Positions 1 to 15,597 of a stretch of DNA of 64,000 nt are shown one piece after another. The DNA comes from Eledone cirrhosa. Lineage: Eukaryota. The number at the start of each line of letters is the position of its first letter. Position 1 is the stretch's first letter. The translations under genes were made by a program, and so were the position numbers. Location: the NCBI GenBank assembly GCA_964016885.1, contig OZ024740.1:329592001-329656000 (forward strand), given 5' to 3'. The notes under the pieces were generated by a model that ran no database searches, was not told the DNA's origin, and saw only the letters and a program-made list of their open reading frames with translations.

Positions 1-97
1 TGTAATATATACTTACCTATGCAAATAAGTAATGATATAAACAAAACATATACTTAGCTACCACATCAAGACGTAACATATCCACGTATAGATCGTG

Positions 98-2587
<2,490 letters not shown>

Positions 2588-3826
2588 TGAAAATTAGCTC
2601 CGACATAGCTGTGTACAATATGTATGTGAATTTCGTTTATCTCGTGCTAGCGGGTTCCGCAGCATTAGCTATTTAAAAAGGTATATCCGCACATCAGCCT
2701 ATGGATATCATTAGGACTGTTCCTCCCTTGCTCACTGTTGCAACTTGAAACAGGAGTAGATATATAGTTTTTTCGCCTGTGTAGGCTGGTTGATTAAGAG
2801 TGCTCAACGTAAAAGTAGAATTAGAATGTAGCACGGACATATCTGTATACATACGTGTATATACAAAACACCATGCAGTGAAATTACGTGTAATTTATGA
2901 AAACATCCAGTGAATTCATGCCGCTAGGACTGGTTGGGCAATAATCAAAGGACTTTTAGTCCTAATACTCTATCGAGGAGACTGTATGTGACAGCAGCAG
3001 TCACTACACGTAGCAGCCCTAGGAAACGGCAGCGTGATATGTCCTTCTAAATTTGAAGGCTGTCTGGCGACGTCGAAAGAACTAATCACTCAGAATAAGG
3101 ATATTTAAGTTATATGTGCTGATATTCATTATGGTGTTAGTGTATTTAGTGATATTGAATTTAAGCGCTGGTTTGGGAGAATTTGTTTTATTATCAATTC
3201 GAACATTAATGATTTTTTTTCTCAATTAGGTTCTCATTACTAATCTTTCAGGGTGATTATTTGAGACTTTAGTATATTCTTTTTATGTTTTTATTTTTTG
3301 CATGGATAGTTGGCTTTGTGATGCATGGCGACAGCCATCGTGTAGGATAATGGTTGATTTATAGTTAATGATGTAATTCATGACAGGCTATATCGTTAAT
3401 ATATTTGGCAGACACCCGTGAATGTATCCGGATATTACAGTCCAGTGAAGCTTAATAAGTTTTGTCCATTTACCGCCAATATTATGAGTTGACTTGTATT
3501 AAGATGTTAATGGTTTATTCGTCTTACAGTTAATTTATTGTGTGAGAAGTTGTTTTTTGATTGTGTAATTATATATGTGTAGTGGGACTTGTTTCTTCTG
3601 AGTTGTATTATTTTACTGCTATTCTGCAGGTCAGTTCACTTATGGAACAAAGTGTATATACATACATACATATATATATATTAATCAATGAGAAAAGAGT
3701 TAGTTGATTTGTAATCAACTGTCTTTTGTATGTAACGGATGCCAAGCACTCAACGGTATATATTCATCCGGAGTATTATTATAATAATAATAGTAATAAA
3801 GATATATTCCGTATATCATCTCTATT

Positions 3827-3903
3827 TATTTCATTATATATATTTCGAAGATGTACGGTTTATGTATAATATAAAACAGAACATGTCCTCGTCAGACAAA
3901 ATA
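3827..3903 (-). ncRNA. Type I hammerhead ribozyme motif in a short PLE 3'-end fragment (~3680-3910)
   Basis: Minus strand: tattttgt-CTGACGA-GGACATGT...ACATCTTC-GAAA-TATATATA|atgaaata; stems I and II pair, stem III palindromic. Confidence 0.75.
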
Positions 3904-3957
3904 CATATGAGATGTATGATGTTTCATGATATGCTGGTAGCCAACAAGCTGGACAGA

Positions 3958-4180
3958 TGGCGCGTGGTTGAGTAGTTAGAGAATTGGATTAGCAATCGTG
4001 AGGTTGCCAGTTAGTTTTCAGGACCGGGGATGTGTTCTTGGGCTAAAAACATTATTTCACGTTGTTCTTTCTAACTGGAGTTGCGACCGATAGATAGTAT
4101 TAGCAATTGGCAAGACCAATGGGAACATGGTAACCTCAGTCCGATTTGATAACAGTCGATCGACTGCCGATTTGTAAAGA
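3958..4180 (+). mobile_element. Decayed tRNA-derived SINE
   Basis: tRNA-like head ggcgcgtggttgagtagttaga...gtgaggttgccagtt followed by gtgttcttgggctaaaaacattatttcacgttg. A related decayed body lies near 9275-9500. Confidence 0.45.
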
Positions 4181-4468
4181 GATGTGCGTGTAATTTGCTT
4201 TGAACCAATGTGTTTATATCGTATGTGCGTAAGTAATGTTTTAAGTATTTTTAATCTTGAAGGAACCTGTCAATTTTTCCACTTCAAAATACTAAATGAG
4301 CTAAAACCCCTTGAGAAATGTTGGAAGAATTGACGAATATTTTTACACATATACACGTATATGACAAATGACTTTCTGTGTATGAGGTCTGTGTTATAAA
4401 CAAGCTATTCGACTGCGATACGTGGACAACTAACAGGCATATTATGAAGCAACCGGAAATGTTCATAA

Positions 4469-6207
4469 CACCGCGTAACATATATTTTGATCCCTGGTTT
4501 TAAGTGTCATTTCCTGGTATTATATCCCATTATTATAACAAAACACTATTATTTAATCAGAAGTTTGGGTGTGTGGACATGAGTTTGATATTTCGAAATG
4601 TTCATATTGTTCAAGAAAAAACACATTTTTTTTTAAATTTATCACTTCATATCTTTAAATCAACAGAGTATATATTTATTTTATTACACACGTTTATCAA
4701 AAGCAAGCAAGTAAAAACAAATAACAGTTATAAAGCAACTTATACACGTCAGAAATGACTGTATTTCCTGGATTTACGGTTGTAGTCCAGGTCGCATTCC
4801 CGCACTAGCCCCCAGATATAGTCCTCATCATTTTCACATTGTAGTGGCCCTGGTACCTCCACTCTATTTCGTTCAAGTCTTGGTGGAATCATTCGCCTTG
4901 TTCTTCTGGGTAGGCGCCCATATTGTCCTTGAAATTTTCCAGGTGAGCATCCAGCATATGGAGTTTAAGCGACATCCTGCTTCCCATGGCGACAAAAGCC
5001 TTTATCAGATCCTGCACCAGTTGCTGGTAGTTTTCAGCTCTGTAGTTGCCCAGGAAGCCCTTAACAACTGCCTTGAAACAGTTCCATGCTGTTCTCTCAA
5101 TCCTATTGAGCTTATTGGAGAACTCGGTAGACTCAAACACCTTCTTTATCTGAGGTCCAACAAAAATTCCACCTTTGATTTTGGCCTCAGATAACATCGG
5201 GGAGAACTCAAGAAGGTACTTAAAAGCGGCTGATTCTTGGTTGAGAGCCTTCACAAACCGCTTCATCAACCCCAAATTAATGTGCAGTGGCGGCATGAGC
5301 ACAATCCTGGGATCAACCCGTGGCTCCCACATTACGTTCCGGGTCCCAACTACAAATTCTGTTCGTTGCTCCTAGTTCTTTCTTTTGTAGTGGTCAGAGG
5401 TGGCTCTGCTGTCCCAAAGGCAGAGGAAGCATTGAAATTTGATAAAGCCTCCTTGGAGTCCAAGCAGGAAATCCACCATCTTGAAGTCTCCAATGATTTC
5501 CCAATTGTACTGGTTGTATTGTAGAGCTTCCAAGAGGACATTCACACTGTAGTAATCTTCCTTCAGGCAGACTGAATGAGCTAGGGGCAGTGTCGGGTAT
5601 GCGTTTCCATTGTGGAGGAGGACAGCCTTCAAACTTGTGGTGGAGCTGTCTATAAATAGCCGCCACACCTTGGGCACAAACGGCACCCCAATAACGTCAA
5701 ACAGTCCAGGCACGTCATGGCAGAAGCAGAGGCGATCCCTAAGAGTGTAAAAGCCTGGAAAGGTTCGTGTCGACCTCTCTGACTTGTCACCTGCATTTCC
5801 TCCTTGACCAAGTTCCACTGCATCATCCTGGGGACGAATGCTTAAAACACAACTTACCCTTTATTCAGGGTGCGAAAATCCAGTATCAATAAATCTCTTT
5901 AATCCACTTTTTAACAATTTTATACTTTATTGTACTTTTATAATTTTCTTTAGGTATTACTCTTTATTTTATAATTTTAATTTAACCTGAAACATATAAA
6001 AAAATCATTTAACATAAGAAAATTAAACTTACATACAACGTCAAGTCCAGCATACAAATAATTCTAGTGAAGAGCTTAGAATTTTTACAAACCCCAACTT
6101 TTAACTGTTTAATAGCACTCTTTTATTTATTTGGGACCTAAGCAACACAAAAAAAAATGATTACAAGCCAGGAACAGAGAAAAAAGATTTTTTTTTGTTA
6201 CACGGTG
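4469..6207 (-). mobile_element. Chapaev-like (Chapaev3-type) DNA transposon, transposase pseudogene
   Basis: ORF pieces 5372-5818 and 4889-5332 carry LFIDSS, IIGDFK, CFLC, PPLHINLGL, KLHMLDAH, EEQGE (RAG1/Transib-like DDE layout). Imperfect TIRs CACCGCGTAACA (4469) / TGTTACACGGTG (6196-6207); flanks taa/caa. Confidence 0.75.
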
Positions 6208-8738
6208 CAAGCATTGAAACCAAGGCGCTCTGAACACTAAGTGTTCGTCTCACATACATTATCCTGCTGTATTTGAACATGCAGGCAGCACTACTATTGA
6301 AAAGAGGATAATTATGAACCAGATGCTTTTGGATGGTTATTTGGTTCGGATGGAAACTGGCTACCTAAACAGCTATTTTATGGGTAACTAAACAAAGTAT
6401 AACAATAAACAGAGAAAAAAGGCCACATCACAAAGCAAGAATTGGTTTAGGCATGTCATAAAATACAGTCTTAAAGCTCTGTTAATTGTCATGGAGAACT
6501 GGTCGTACCTTATGGAGAAATACCACCAGGTTCGGATGCGATGTTTTTGAGTAAAAGCGAGTGGAGCATAATATTTTGAAGCGTTTACTACGTAAGCGGG
6601 CCTCAAGTGTAGTGGCTAAAATACCCAGCAGGTTTTGAGGAGCAATGTGGGCGAACGATTTCTTCTATGGAGAATTAGATGTGAACCATCTAAAGTAACA
6701 CGAATAAGGAGGAATTGATCCACATATAAGATGGGTCTACCGTCACGCCCTCCGTGGTACATTTGCAATGAGTGTGGCTTAATATACAAATCAGTTGGTG
6801 GACTGAAAAAATATGGTAACATGCATGTAGACACACTCCACGCGGTAATGCCACGAGACAGTTTTCCAGTGTCACATCAGTGATCTGGCTTGCAAAAAAT
6901 GTTCTGAAAAGTCACCTTTCTGTACATGATTGTACAATGTGACAGTAAGTAGCAATCTGTATGTATGTGTTTCTGTATCTATATTTAGTATGTATGAATA
7001 TATGCATGTATATAGGTACGTGTGTATGTATGTAATTATGTGTGATTATGTGTGTAAGTATGTTTGCCTTCTTTTTACGATAAGGTACTTTGAATTTCCA
7101 TGCCTTTATTCACATACCAGAAATTGAGTTATAATGCTTTCAGTATATTGCATTTCGTTACAGTGACCTGTTATAATGATCGTAATCGTATTAGGGGGTA
7201 CTGTCTACCCCTTTGAAATCGAATGATCTACCGGGATCTGCACAGAATACCTCTACACAATTTCATTCACATTGTTTGTTTCCACACAAATATAAATATC
7301 AACTGCGTAAGGTATATAGCCGTGGGATATATACCTACGATTTGTCCTCATAATGGAGATAATGTATAATGGAAGACAATAACATTTCTATTGGAAACAA
7401 CAAATTATGTCCTAAATAAAATAATTGAAGGTCACAGAAATAAATGTAATGACTGAGAATTCAAATAAACAACACACGAGGTCCTGAATAATGAATAAAC
7501 ATTATCTTACCCTATCAACATTCAATGGAAACATCCTTTTGGTAGGGATAACGTATTGTAGGAAATCAATGAGTGAATATTTATAAAATATAGGAATTTC
7601 TTGAGATGTGGTCGCACCTGCTTGTGTGGTTAGCTGCAATACGTTTATATATATATGTGACCAATATTAGAAGATCCCACGGAAAAATAATAAAATAAGA
7701 TTAAGAGCTATACATTGTCAAGTCCATCATCCGTAGTATTGGATATATACTGTTATATATAAAATAAAGAAAATACAATAAATACGAATTACTTCTGTTA
7801 AAAGATAACACAATAAAAAATCCTGTTTAGTCTTCATTTCAATTATTGTTGCTTATAGTTTTAGTTAATTTCTTGGTGGGATGTTTGACTTAGATATATT
7901 GAAATATATTTTCTCTTCTTAATAAGCAAGCATTGTTCGCGTGTACGTCTTCATACATCAAAGAAAACGTTAATGTTCCGAAACGTGATTTTCGCCGAGG
8001 AACTGAACAAATTACGGAACCTCTACTTTAATGCATTATCACTTCAAATTACCATCAAAATAAATGGTAAAGAAATCACCCGTCATAATCAAAGCATTAA
8101 CTCTCTACTAGACGTTGAAATAATTGCAAAGCGTTTTAAGTTTTTTTCTTATTTTCCGTTCCATCTCGTTAATATTTAACATCCAAGAGAAATGGTTGAG
8201 GTAGGAAAGAATCAGAAAATAAACGAAGAAAAATGGCAAATCATTTTATTCTTGAGAATGTTAGAATTTCCTCAGTATTGTCGCTAAAGTAATGTCTTCC
8301 CATACCAAGTAATCAGCACACGAATCTACAACAGAGGAGTAATAATGTATAAAAGCAGCAAATTAGAAAGACCGCGTTTCTCATTAATTAGAATTGCATT
8401 ACATCCTAAGGTAGGAAAATCAATATTTAGAGAATAAATGGTAGAAATGAAGAACAACTGCTGCAAATTGTAAGGATAAGTTAGTAAACTGCAAGAGTAT
8501 AAAAATAACAATAATAATAATGATAAACATTTGTGCAGTTCTGATATAACAGTTGATTTATGCAAATGGTGAATTCGCAATTACGCTAATGTATGCTTAT
8601 GTGTCTTGTCATATATTTATAAAGTCGAATCGAAAATTACTAAAGTTTTCAGAAATGTATCATATTTAAACATATGGTTAGGTTTACGTAAGTGTTTGCG
8701 CTCAAATACATAGATACACAAAGATACTTAAATATATA

Positions 8739-8820
8739 GTAATAATAATATATGTGAAGACTAAATTCCAAAGAGGGCTCGATAAGGGTGAAAGCAGCGA
8801 TTCTTTGCTTAAACTTTACA
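8739..8820. repeat. Rearranged mini-copy of the end of the PLE at 98-2460
   Basis: 8739-8787 matches the reverse complement of ~2411-2460; 8785-8818 matches 2318-2351 directly. Junction at ata(a)ggg microhomology. Confidence 0.8.
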
Positions 8821-8868
8821 AATAGCCTTCGAAACGGCTTGAGCTCTGCCGTCGAGGTTAAACATTTT

Positions 8869-8936
<68 letters not shown>

Positions 8937-9551
8937 GTGTTAAGCCTAAAACTAATAATATATTTCTTTATTGTTCTGTCTCGTTTTGTTTGATACGTCT
9001 GTTTACGTTTTGCATATAAATAAATATATATACGAAATCATTGTGCAGATATTTACGTACATAATTTAACATGAATACCACCAAATTCAAAAGTACGTTC
9101 ACACTCGTCAACTATACTGCTATGGAATTAAGCATACACAGTTTTTCAGGTCGAGGTCAGTTCTGTAAGTGTAATAAAGCTATCTAAAAAAACATTGAGT
9201 TGGGCTTCCATGGAAACGAGGTCGCTTTAAACGAAGACTGTTAACTGTAACGTGATAATTGTGATATTTGTGAGCACAGTGTGTCGGTGAGCAAGTAGAT
9301 TTAGTTGTCGTTCTTAACTTCGACTCATCCGGGATGAGATTTACATGTTATTAAAGCGGGTAGCCTTCTCATTCATGGGTTACAGTGAATCATTCAGAGA
9401 AGTAACATGCATATGCCTATGGAATGCTCATTGATCTTTACGTTATTCCACGAGAGGCCCATTAATTGTTCGTAAGAACTAAAACTGACCATGGTTCAAT
9501 AGATATAGATATATATCGATACCCCATCCCCTATATATATATATATATATA

Positions 9552-9880
9552 TTAGAAAGTGAGGTTTTTTTTTTTTTTTACAAAATGAAAAATAACCGAG
9601 GTGTCCTACACGAGTGGAAGTATAAAGAAAAAGGGATGAAATCGAAAATGCAACTGAAGTCTTATTTTTTTTTTAAATATATATATTTTTATTTGGTTCC
9701 TTTACCGGTTTCGCAGTTCTTCTGCTTTTCAAAAGGTGAGTTGAGATGGAGGGTCTGTGGTTTTTCTCACATCAAAAGCAGAAGAACTGCGAAACCGGTA
9801 AAGGAACCAAATAAAAATATATATATTTAAAAAAAAAATAAGACTTCAGTTGCATTTTCGATTTCATCCCTTTTTCTTTA
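9552..9880. mobile_element. Fold-back mini-element in (TA)n with left-arm tail
   Basis: Near-perfect inverted arms ~9621-9729 / 9774-9880; unique tail 9552-9620; (TA)n on both sides. Confidence 0.85.
9699..9736 (-). ncRNA. Minimal hammerhead ribozyme, U3-A8 core variant
   Basis: Minus strand: CCTT-TTGAAAA-GCAG-aagaa-CTGC-GAAA-CCG-GTA|AAGG; all stems pair, stem III palindrome ACCGGT. Confidence 0.7.
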
Positions 9881-9896
9881 TATATATATATATATA

Positions 9897-10031
9897 GGAA
9901 AATATTTAATCCGACGGCAGGGATCTGCCATCGGGGTTAAACATTTTCCTATTACCCACTCTACGACCCTAAGTATTGAGTACCCTGGTGCATTATAGTC
10001 CATCTGGTTCCTTACCACACTTCCTTCGTTA
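9897..10031 (+). mobile_element. Tiny hairpin+tail element (same family as 8822-8872, 27660-27706, 39462-39590, 59924-60117)
   Basis: Hairpin ggaaaat..ccgacggcag/ctgccatcgg..attttcc plus ~75 bp tail homologous to the reverse complement of 39462-39545 and 59924-60002; TA-flanked. Confidence 0.8.
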
Positions 10032-10049
10032 TATATATATATATATATA

Positions 10050-13000
10050 TATTCATTAGTTAAGCAAAACAAGACCACAAATTTCACAAGGAAGACATTA
10101 TTAAAAGATTGTCAACGTGTTTTAGTTTGATGTAAGGAACGTAGAGAATAATAATAATAATATTAATAATAATAATTGTTTCTACTTTTGGCACAAGGCC
10201 AGTAATTACCCAGTACATTACTGGTACTTTATTTTATCGATCCCGTAAGGATGAAAGGCAAAGTTCACCTCGGCAGGATTTGAACTCTGAATGATAAGGG
10301 CCGTAACTCTATGCGTCAAAGCATGGCGTCCGACCCTCTACCGATACTGCCAATCCACCGCCCTAACAATAATAATATAATATTTCTGGAACAGATGACT
10401 ATATATCATTATTGATCTGGTTCAGTTGAAAATAATTAACATATTTAAAAACAGAGCGGTTCATCGGAACTTCAAAGGAATATAAATTGAAATAAGAAGA
10501 GAACGTTACATAATGTAATGTTCCATATATTGGTATTTCACTATGGTGCCCTGGTTGTATCAATTGTCAGCCATAATCAAGCAGTATTCATCTGTCGAGG
10601 TTGCATTGTGTGAGATCTGCCTATGGGTAACAAGATGGCCGCCAAAGGACATATTCACCTTACTAATTAGAGGGGAAGTAACTCCTCGAGAGATTAGAAA
10701 TTTTGCGTAGTTTATAGTTAAGTGCTAATTTAAATTTTTTTTAATTGAGAGATAATGTAGGGGAGGTAACTTATAATTATCTAAGTTAGTTATTGCTATT
10801 TAACTTATTAGCTACAAGTAAAAATGGGGCTAGATGACTATGTTGGGTCAAATATTCTATTGGCGAAGGAATTAGCCCTTCGATGTTGACAGCTAATAGT
10901 TACCTCCGTTCTATCGTTAATCGGTAGATGTCGTGATAGAGTTATGTAATATGCTTCGGTAATACAGAGATCACAAGATTTTCTTCGTCCATTGAACGGT
11001 TGGGACCTAACCACGATATCCCATTTAATGAGTGTTCAATGTTGCTTAATTTAAGGTTTTTAATGAGCCTAGCTAGAGATGTCGAACATCTGTTGCTAGG
11101 GTTTCGGAAGGAAAAAGAGTGCGCGTTATAGTGTACCTTAAAAGGGTTAGAGGTAGACCCGATATAGGAGCTGGTATTCGAAGCAGTTTTAACCGTGCAC
11201 CTATAGACTATGTTGGGTGTCAGGCAGTGTCCATTTAATGGGCATGCATTAGGGTAACGGCAGTTGCAGTTGCTTCTGCGGTTAGTGAGAGTAGGGTAGT
11301 TTAACCTAAGCGGTTGGTCGGTGCTAGAAGGATTAGATGGGGGAGGAGTGCTACTAGAGTAATTATTGGTGTAGTGGCGTGGAGTATTTGATAGGGGTGG
11401 TGGTACCGCGGTGTGGGAGTTATACTATCTTAGCTTATGATGGTTACTGAATGCAATGTGGCTAGCTAGGTCAGGTGTTGTGGAGAATTGGATTTTAATG
11501 TTATTTTTATTAAAGAGTTTGTTATATCTATGGTTGGGGGGGGGGGGATGTTTAGATAGGATAGAGAAGAAGCGTTTAGGGATATTAGTGGCTAGATTAG
11601 ATGAGAATGGGGGGTTAAGCCAGGTGATATTTCTAGGTCTATTCCTTCTAGGGGTTCTAGTGGAGTTGGTAGGGGCCTTCTTAGGGTTATTATTACCTGG
11701 GGATTTGCTATTTGTCATCCCATTTCTCCTTCCTATTCTAGGCTTAAATTTTAGATTGCTACTTGGAGCAGGCCGCTGCCACCTTTAAACTTCCCTGTAT
11801 AGGTGCTGTTACTGCTAAAATTCCGGCGAATCTGGATATATGCTAAGGTATTTCTATTTCTAGTGTTAAGTTTATTATGGTGAATTGCTGTGTTATGGCA
11901 TTTAGGTATGTAGTAAATGGATGGTTCATAACCAGATTCAGAAAGAGCCTTATTATAATATTGTGCATGGTTCATAAATATTACAAACTCTTTAATAAAA
12001 GTAACATTAAAATCTCATTCTCCAGAACACCTAACCTAGCTAGCCACATCGCATTCAGTAACCAGCATAAACTAAGACAGTATAACTCCCACACCGCGGT
12101 ACCACCACCCCTATCAAATACACCATGCCACTACACCAATAATTACTCTAGTAGCACACCTCCCCCATCTAATCCTTCTAGCACTGACCAGCCGCTTAGG
12201 TTAAACTACCCTACTCTCACTAACCGCAGAAGCAACTGCAACTGCCGTTACCCCAATGCATGCCCATTAAATGGACACTGCCTGACACCCAACATAGTCT
12301 ATAGGTGCACGGGTAAAACTATCTCGAATACCAGCTCTTATATCGGGTCTACCTCTAACCCTTTTAAAGTACGCTATAACGTGCACTGTTTTTCTATCCG
12401 AGACCCTAGCAATAGATGTTCAACATCTGTAGCTAGGTTCATTAAAAACCTTAAATTAAGCAACATTGAACACTCACTAAAATGGGATATCGTGGCTAGG
12501 GCCCAACCGTTCAATGGACGAAGAAAATCTTATGATCTCTGTATTACCGAAGAATATTGCATAACTCTATCACGACCTCTACCGATTAACGATAGAACGG
12601 AGGTAATTATTAGCTGTCAACATCGAAGGGCTAATTCCTTCGCTAATAGAATATTTGACCAGGCATAGTCATCTAGCCCCATTTTTACTTGTAGCTAATA
12701 AGTTAAATAGCTATAACTAACTTAGATAATTATAAGTTACCTCCCCTACATTGTGTCTCAATTAAAAAATTAAAAAATTAGCACTTAACTATAAACCACC
12801 CACAATTTCTAATCTCTCGAAGAGTTACTTCCCCTGAAACCACCTTCTAATCTCACACAATGCACCCTCGACAGATGAATACTGCTTGATTATGGCTGAC
12901 AATTGATACAACCAGGACACCATAGTGAAATACCAATATATGAAACATTACATTATGTAGCATTCTCTCCTTATTTTAATTTATATTCCTTTGAAGTTCC

Positions 13001-13400
13001 GATGAGCCGCTCTGTTTTTAAATATATAATTATTTTCAACTAAACCAGATCAATAATGATATATAGTCATCTGATCCAGAAATATTATATGGAGTAGCGA
13101 AACAATTGTAAACGGACATTATTATTATTAATATTATTATTATTCTCTACATTCCTTACATCAAACTAAAATATGTTGACAATCTTTTAATAATGTCTTC
13201 CTTGTAAGATTTGTGGTCTTGTTTTGCTTAACTAATGAATATTTCCAGCTCTGCGCGCCTAACCTCTGCCACCTAGCTGCTTTCTACTCTATATTGCACA
13301 TTGAGCACATGCCTTTATGCTTTGGGTTCTAACTAATACACCAATCTCTCCTCTCCTATCTCCATCTCTCTCTTTAAGATTGGTTACTATTGAACTGTGT
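10050..13400. mobile_element. Penelope-like element as head-to-head inverted duplication
   Basis: Arms ~10050-11532 (minus) and ~11973-13242 (plus). GIY-YIG ORF 11877-12668 (CNCRYPNACPLNGHCL..IVY..SYIGST); WLNPPF in 11425-11718; tail 13243-13400 on the right arm. Confidence 0.9.
10174..10363 (-). mobile_element. tRNA-derived SINE (octopod-type family), in one PLE arm only
   Basis: Homologous to copies at 27937, 35020, 44162; absent from the opposite arm; B-box-like gagttcaaatcc. Confidence 0.85.
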
Positions 13401-13736
13401 ATATATATATAAATTTATTTACGTATTTTTGTGTACCTTTCTACTAGTATTCCAACTGAAATAATTATTTTTCTACTCGTAAGCTCTTTTCACTGCCAGG
13501 AGGATGTACACAGATAGATTGGTCTCAAAAACCTTTATCCTAATGAATCCAGTTGTCGAGTGGGAAAAATCGGCTATAATCAAAATTAAGAAAGAGTCGA
13601 CTGCACAGTAATCAGCAATTAAAACTGCAGATTTCTTATAATGGTGTCTTACAAGTACTAAATCGTTAACGAAAGAAATCCTTGACACCTAGTTAAGAAC
13701 TCCAATTTCGATGCAACACGAATACTCTCTCGCCCA

Positions 13737-13777
<41 letters not shown>

Positions 13778-13798
13778 CTTTCTCTCTCTCTCTCTCTC

Positions 13799-13881
<83 letters not shown>

Positions 13882-14252
13882 CGTATAAATAGAGTTACGT
13901 ATTCGTATGTTTTTCAGCATTGAATTAGAATGCAGATTAGCTACATTGTCAAGCACCGCTCAGAGGCTCACGTCACGGACATCGTAATTATACTAACCAT
14001 TAAATTGTAGACATTTATTAGATTATATTATTGATGTGATGCATCGTGTCCTTATACATTAAAAAAATAATATTTCATTGAAGATACATGCAGATACTCT
14101 TTCATTCTAAAATATCTCCTCTGGTTTCCCGGGAAAGGTTGAAATTGTGATGATGCACCACATTCAAAGTGTCTATCGATTGCTGTAACCTTCGTATGTA
14201 TGGTACAATATGTGTAATTGCACACACAGAGGCACACTCACGCCCCCCCCCC

Positions 14253-14331
<79 letters not shown>

Positions 14332-15544
14332 CTTTAAAAATTACATATGGTATCCCCGAGCAATTTTCTTTGTTCTCATTATTTGGCGTAACGACAAGAA
14401 CCGCAGAGACGTGAGAAGGGTTTGAGTGCGATTTTATTGATATTACTTTTTACGTTTTCTTTCAAATCTCAGATTTAGGTATTCAAACTTCTTTACATGT
14501 TTTTTCCATAAATTCCTATCTGTTCAGCATGGGTTTGATGATACTTGTATCATTACAACGTTTTTAATGCTCGACGAAGAAATATATCAGGAACATTTTT
14601 TGAAGCATGCAATAAGTATAAATTTGGTGAATATGAATCAACGTATGTTTGGCTAATAAACCTTCGCCACTATTTTATTAATAGTGTCATTGCACATTTT
14701 CTATGGAAAACTAGACTACCATGAGAGAATTCAGCACAGTGTCTGAAGATATTTAAGTTTGTTGCTAGCCTGACACAAAATAAAAAATAAATTGTGATTA
14801 ACTCTTACGATGATTGGTAGAAAATGGTTCTGCTTGGAGAAAGCAGTTTTATGATGGCGGAGGTATAATGGAAACGTCTCACGTGCAACTTTGTTTTTTG
14901 CACCCAGCATGAAATATAACAACATGTACATACAGATTCCGTACCATACATCCTATAGCAAGAAGAACTAACCACTTGAAGACATGTGAGATGCAGTAAA
15001 GCACAATCCGGGTATAATTCCTAATAGCTATAACCAGGTTTACCAACAAACATAAACACGTCTCATAACAATTGTCATCAAGGGGCGAAAGCAAACATCT
15101 ACCGAATCCAACATAAGGGTTGCTGCTTAGAACCTCACGCTAAATGTTACTTTATTGCTAATGATGGAGAGACTATAATGTTTTCATAAACAACTGATTA
15201 AAGACGTCTACAAAAAGACTACTAGATTAAGGAAAATACAGTCAATGACAATTTTAGAGACAGGCTTTACAAGTACCAAAATCGCCTCACTATATATATG
15301 TCCGTATATAATATACAATGCACTAACACAGAGAAATATACGCTGTATCAGTCATTGGCTGATCATCCTACATTTGGAGGTACCTCAATACCAATTGCAG
15401 AGCTAAATACGATCTTTATTCATTACTTATTAAATATAAATATGCTATGTAATTTTCATGGATTCGCAGATGGTTGTATTGTCAGAAGCTACGCATTCTT
15501 ACCACCATAAATTCAGAATACAAATCTACAATGAAATACTCATG

Positions 15545-15597
15545 GAAATACGAGAAACTATGAGATACGAGAAACTATGAAATACGAGAACTATGAA
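15545..15597. repeat. 17-bp tandem repeat x3
   Basis: gaaatacgagaaactat unit repeated three times with small changes. Confidence 0.85.

Noticed and set aside
6400-6880. Possible decayed N-terminal Chapaev transposase fragment
   Set aside because: Only vague residue similarity across broken frames; needs tblastn.
15545-15597. Short repeats as CRISPR-like arrays (also 55218)
   Set aside because: No spacers, no cas genes, eukaryotic context.
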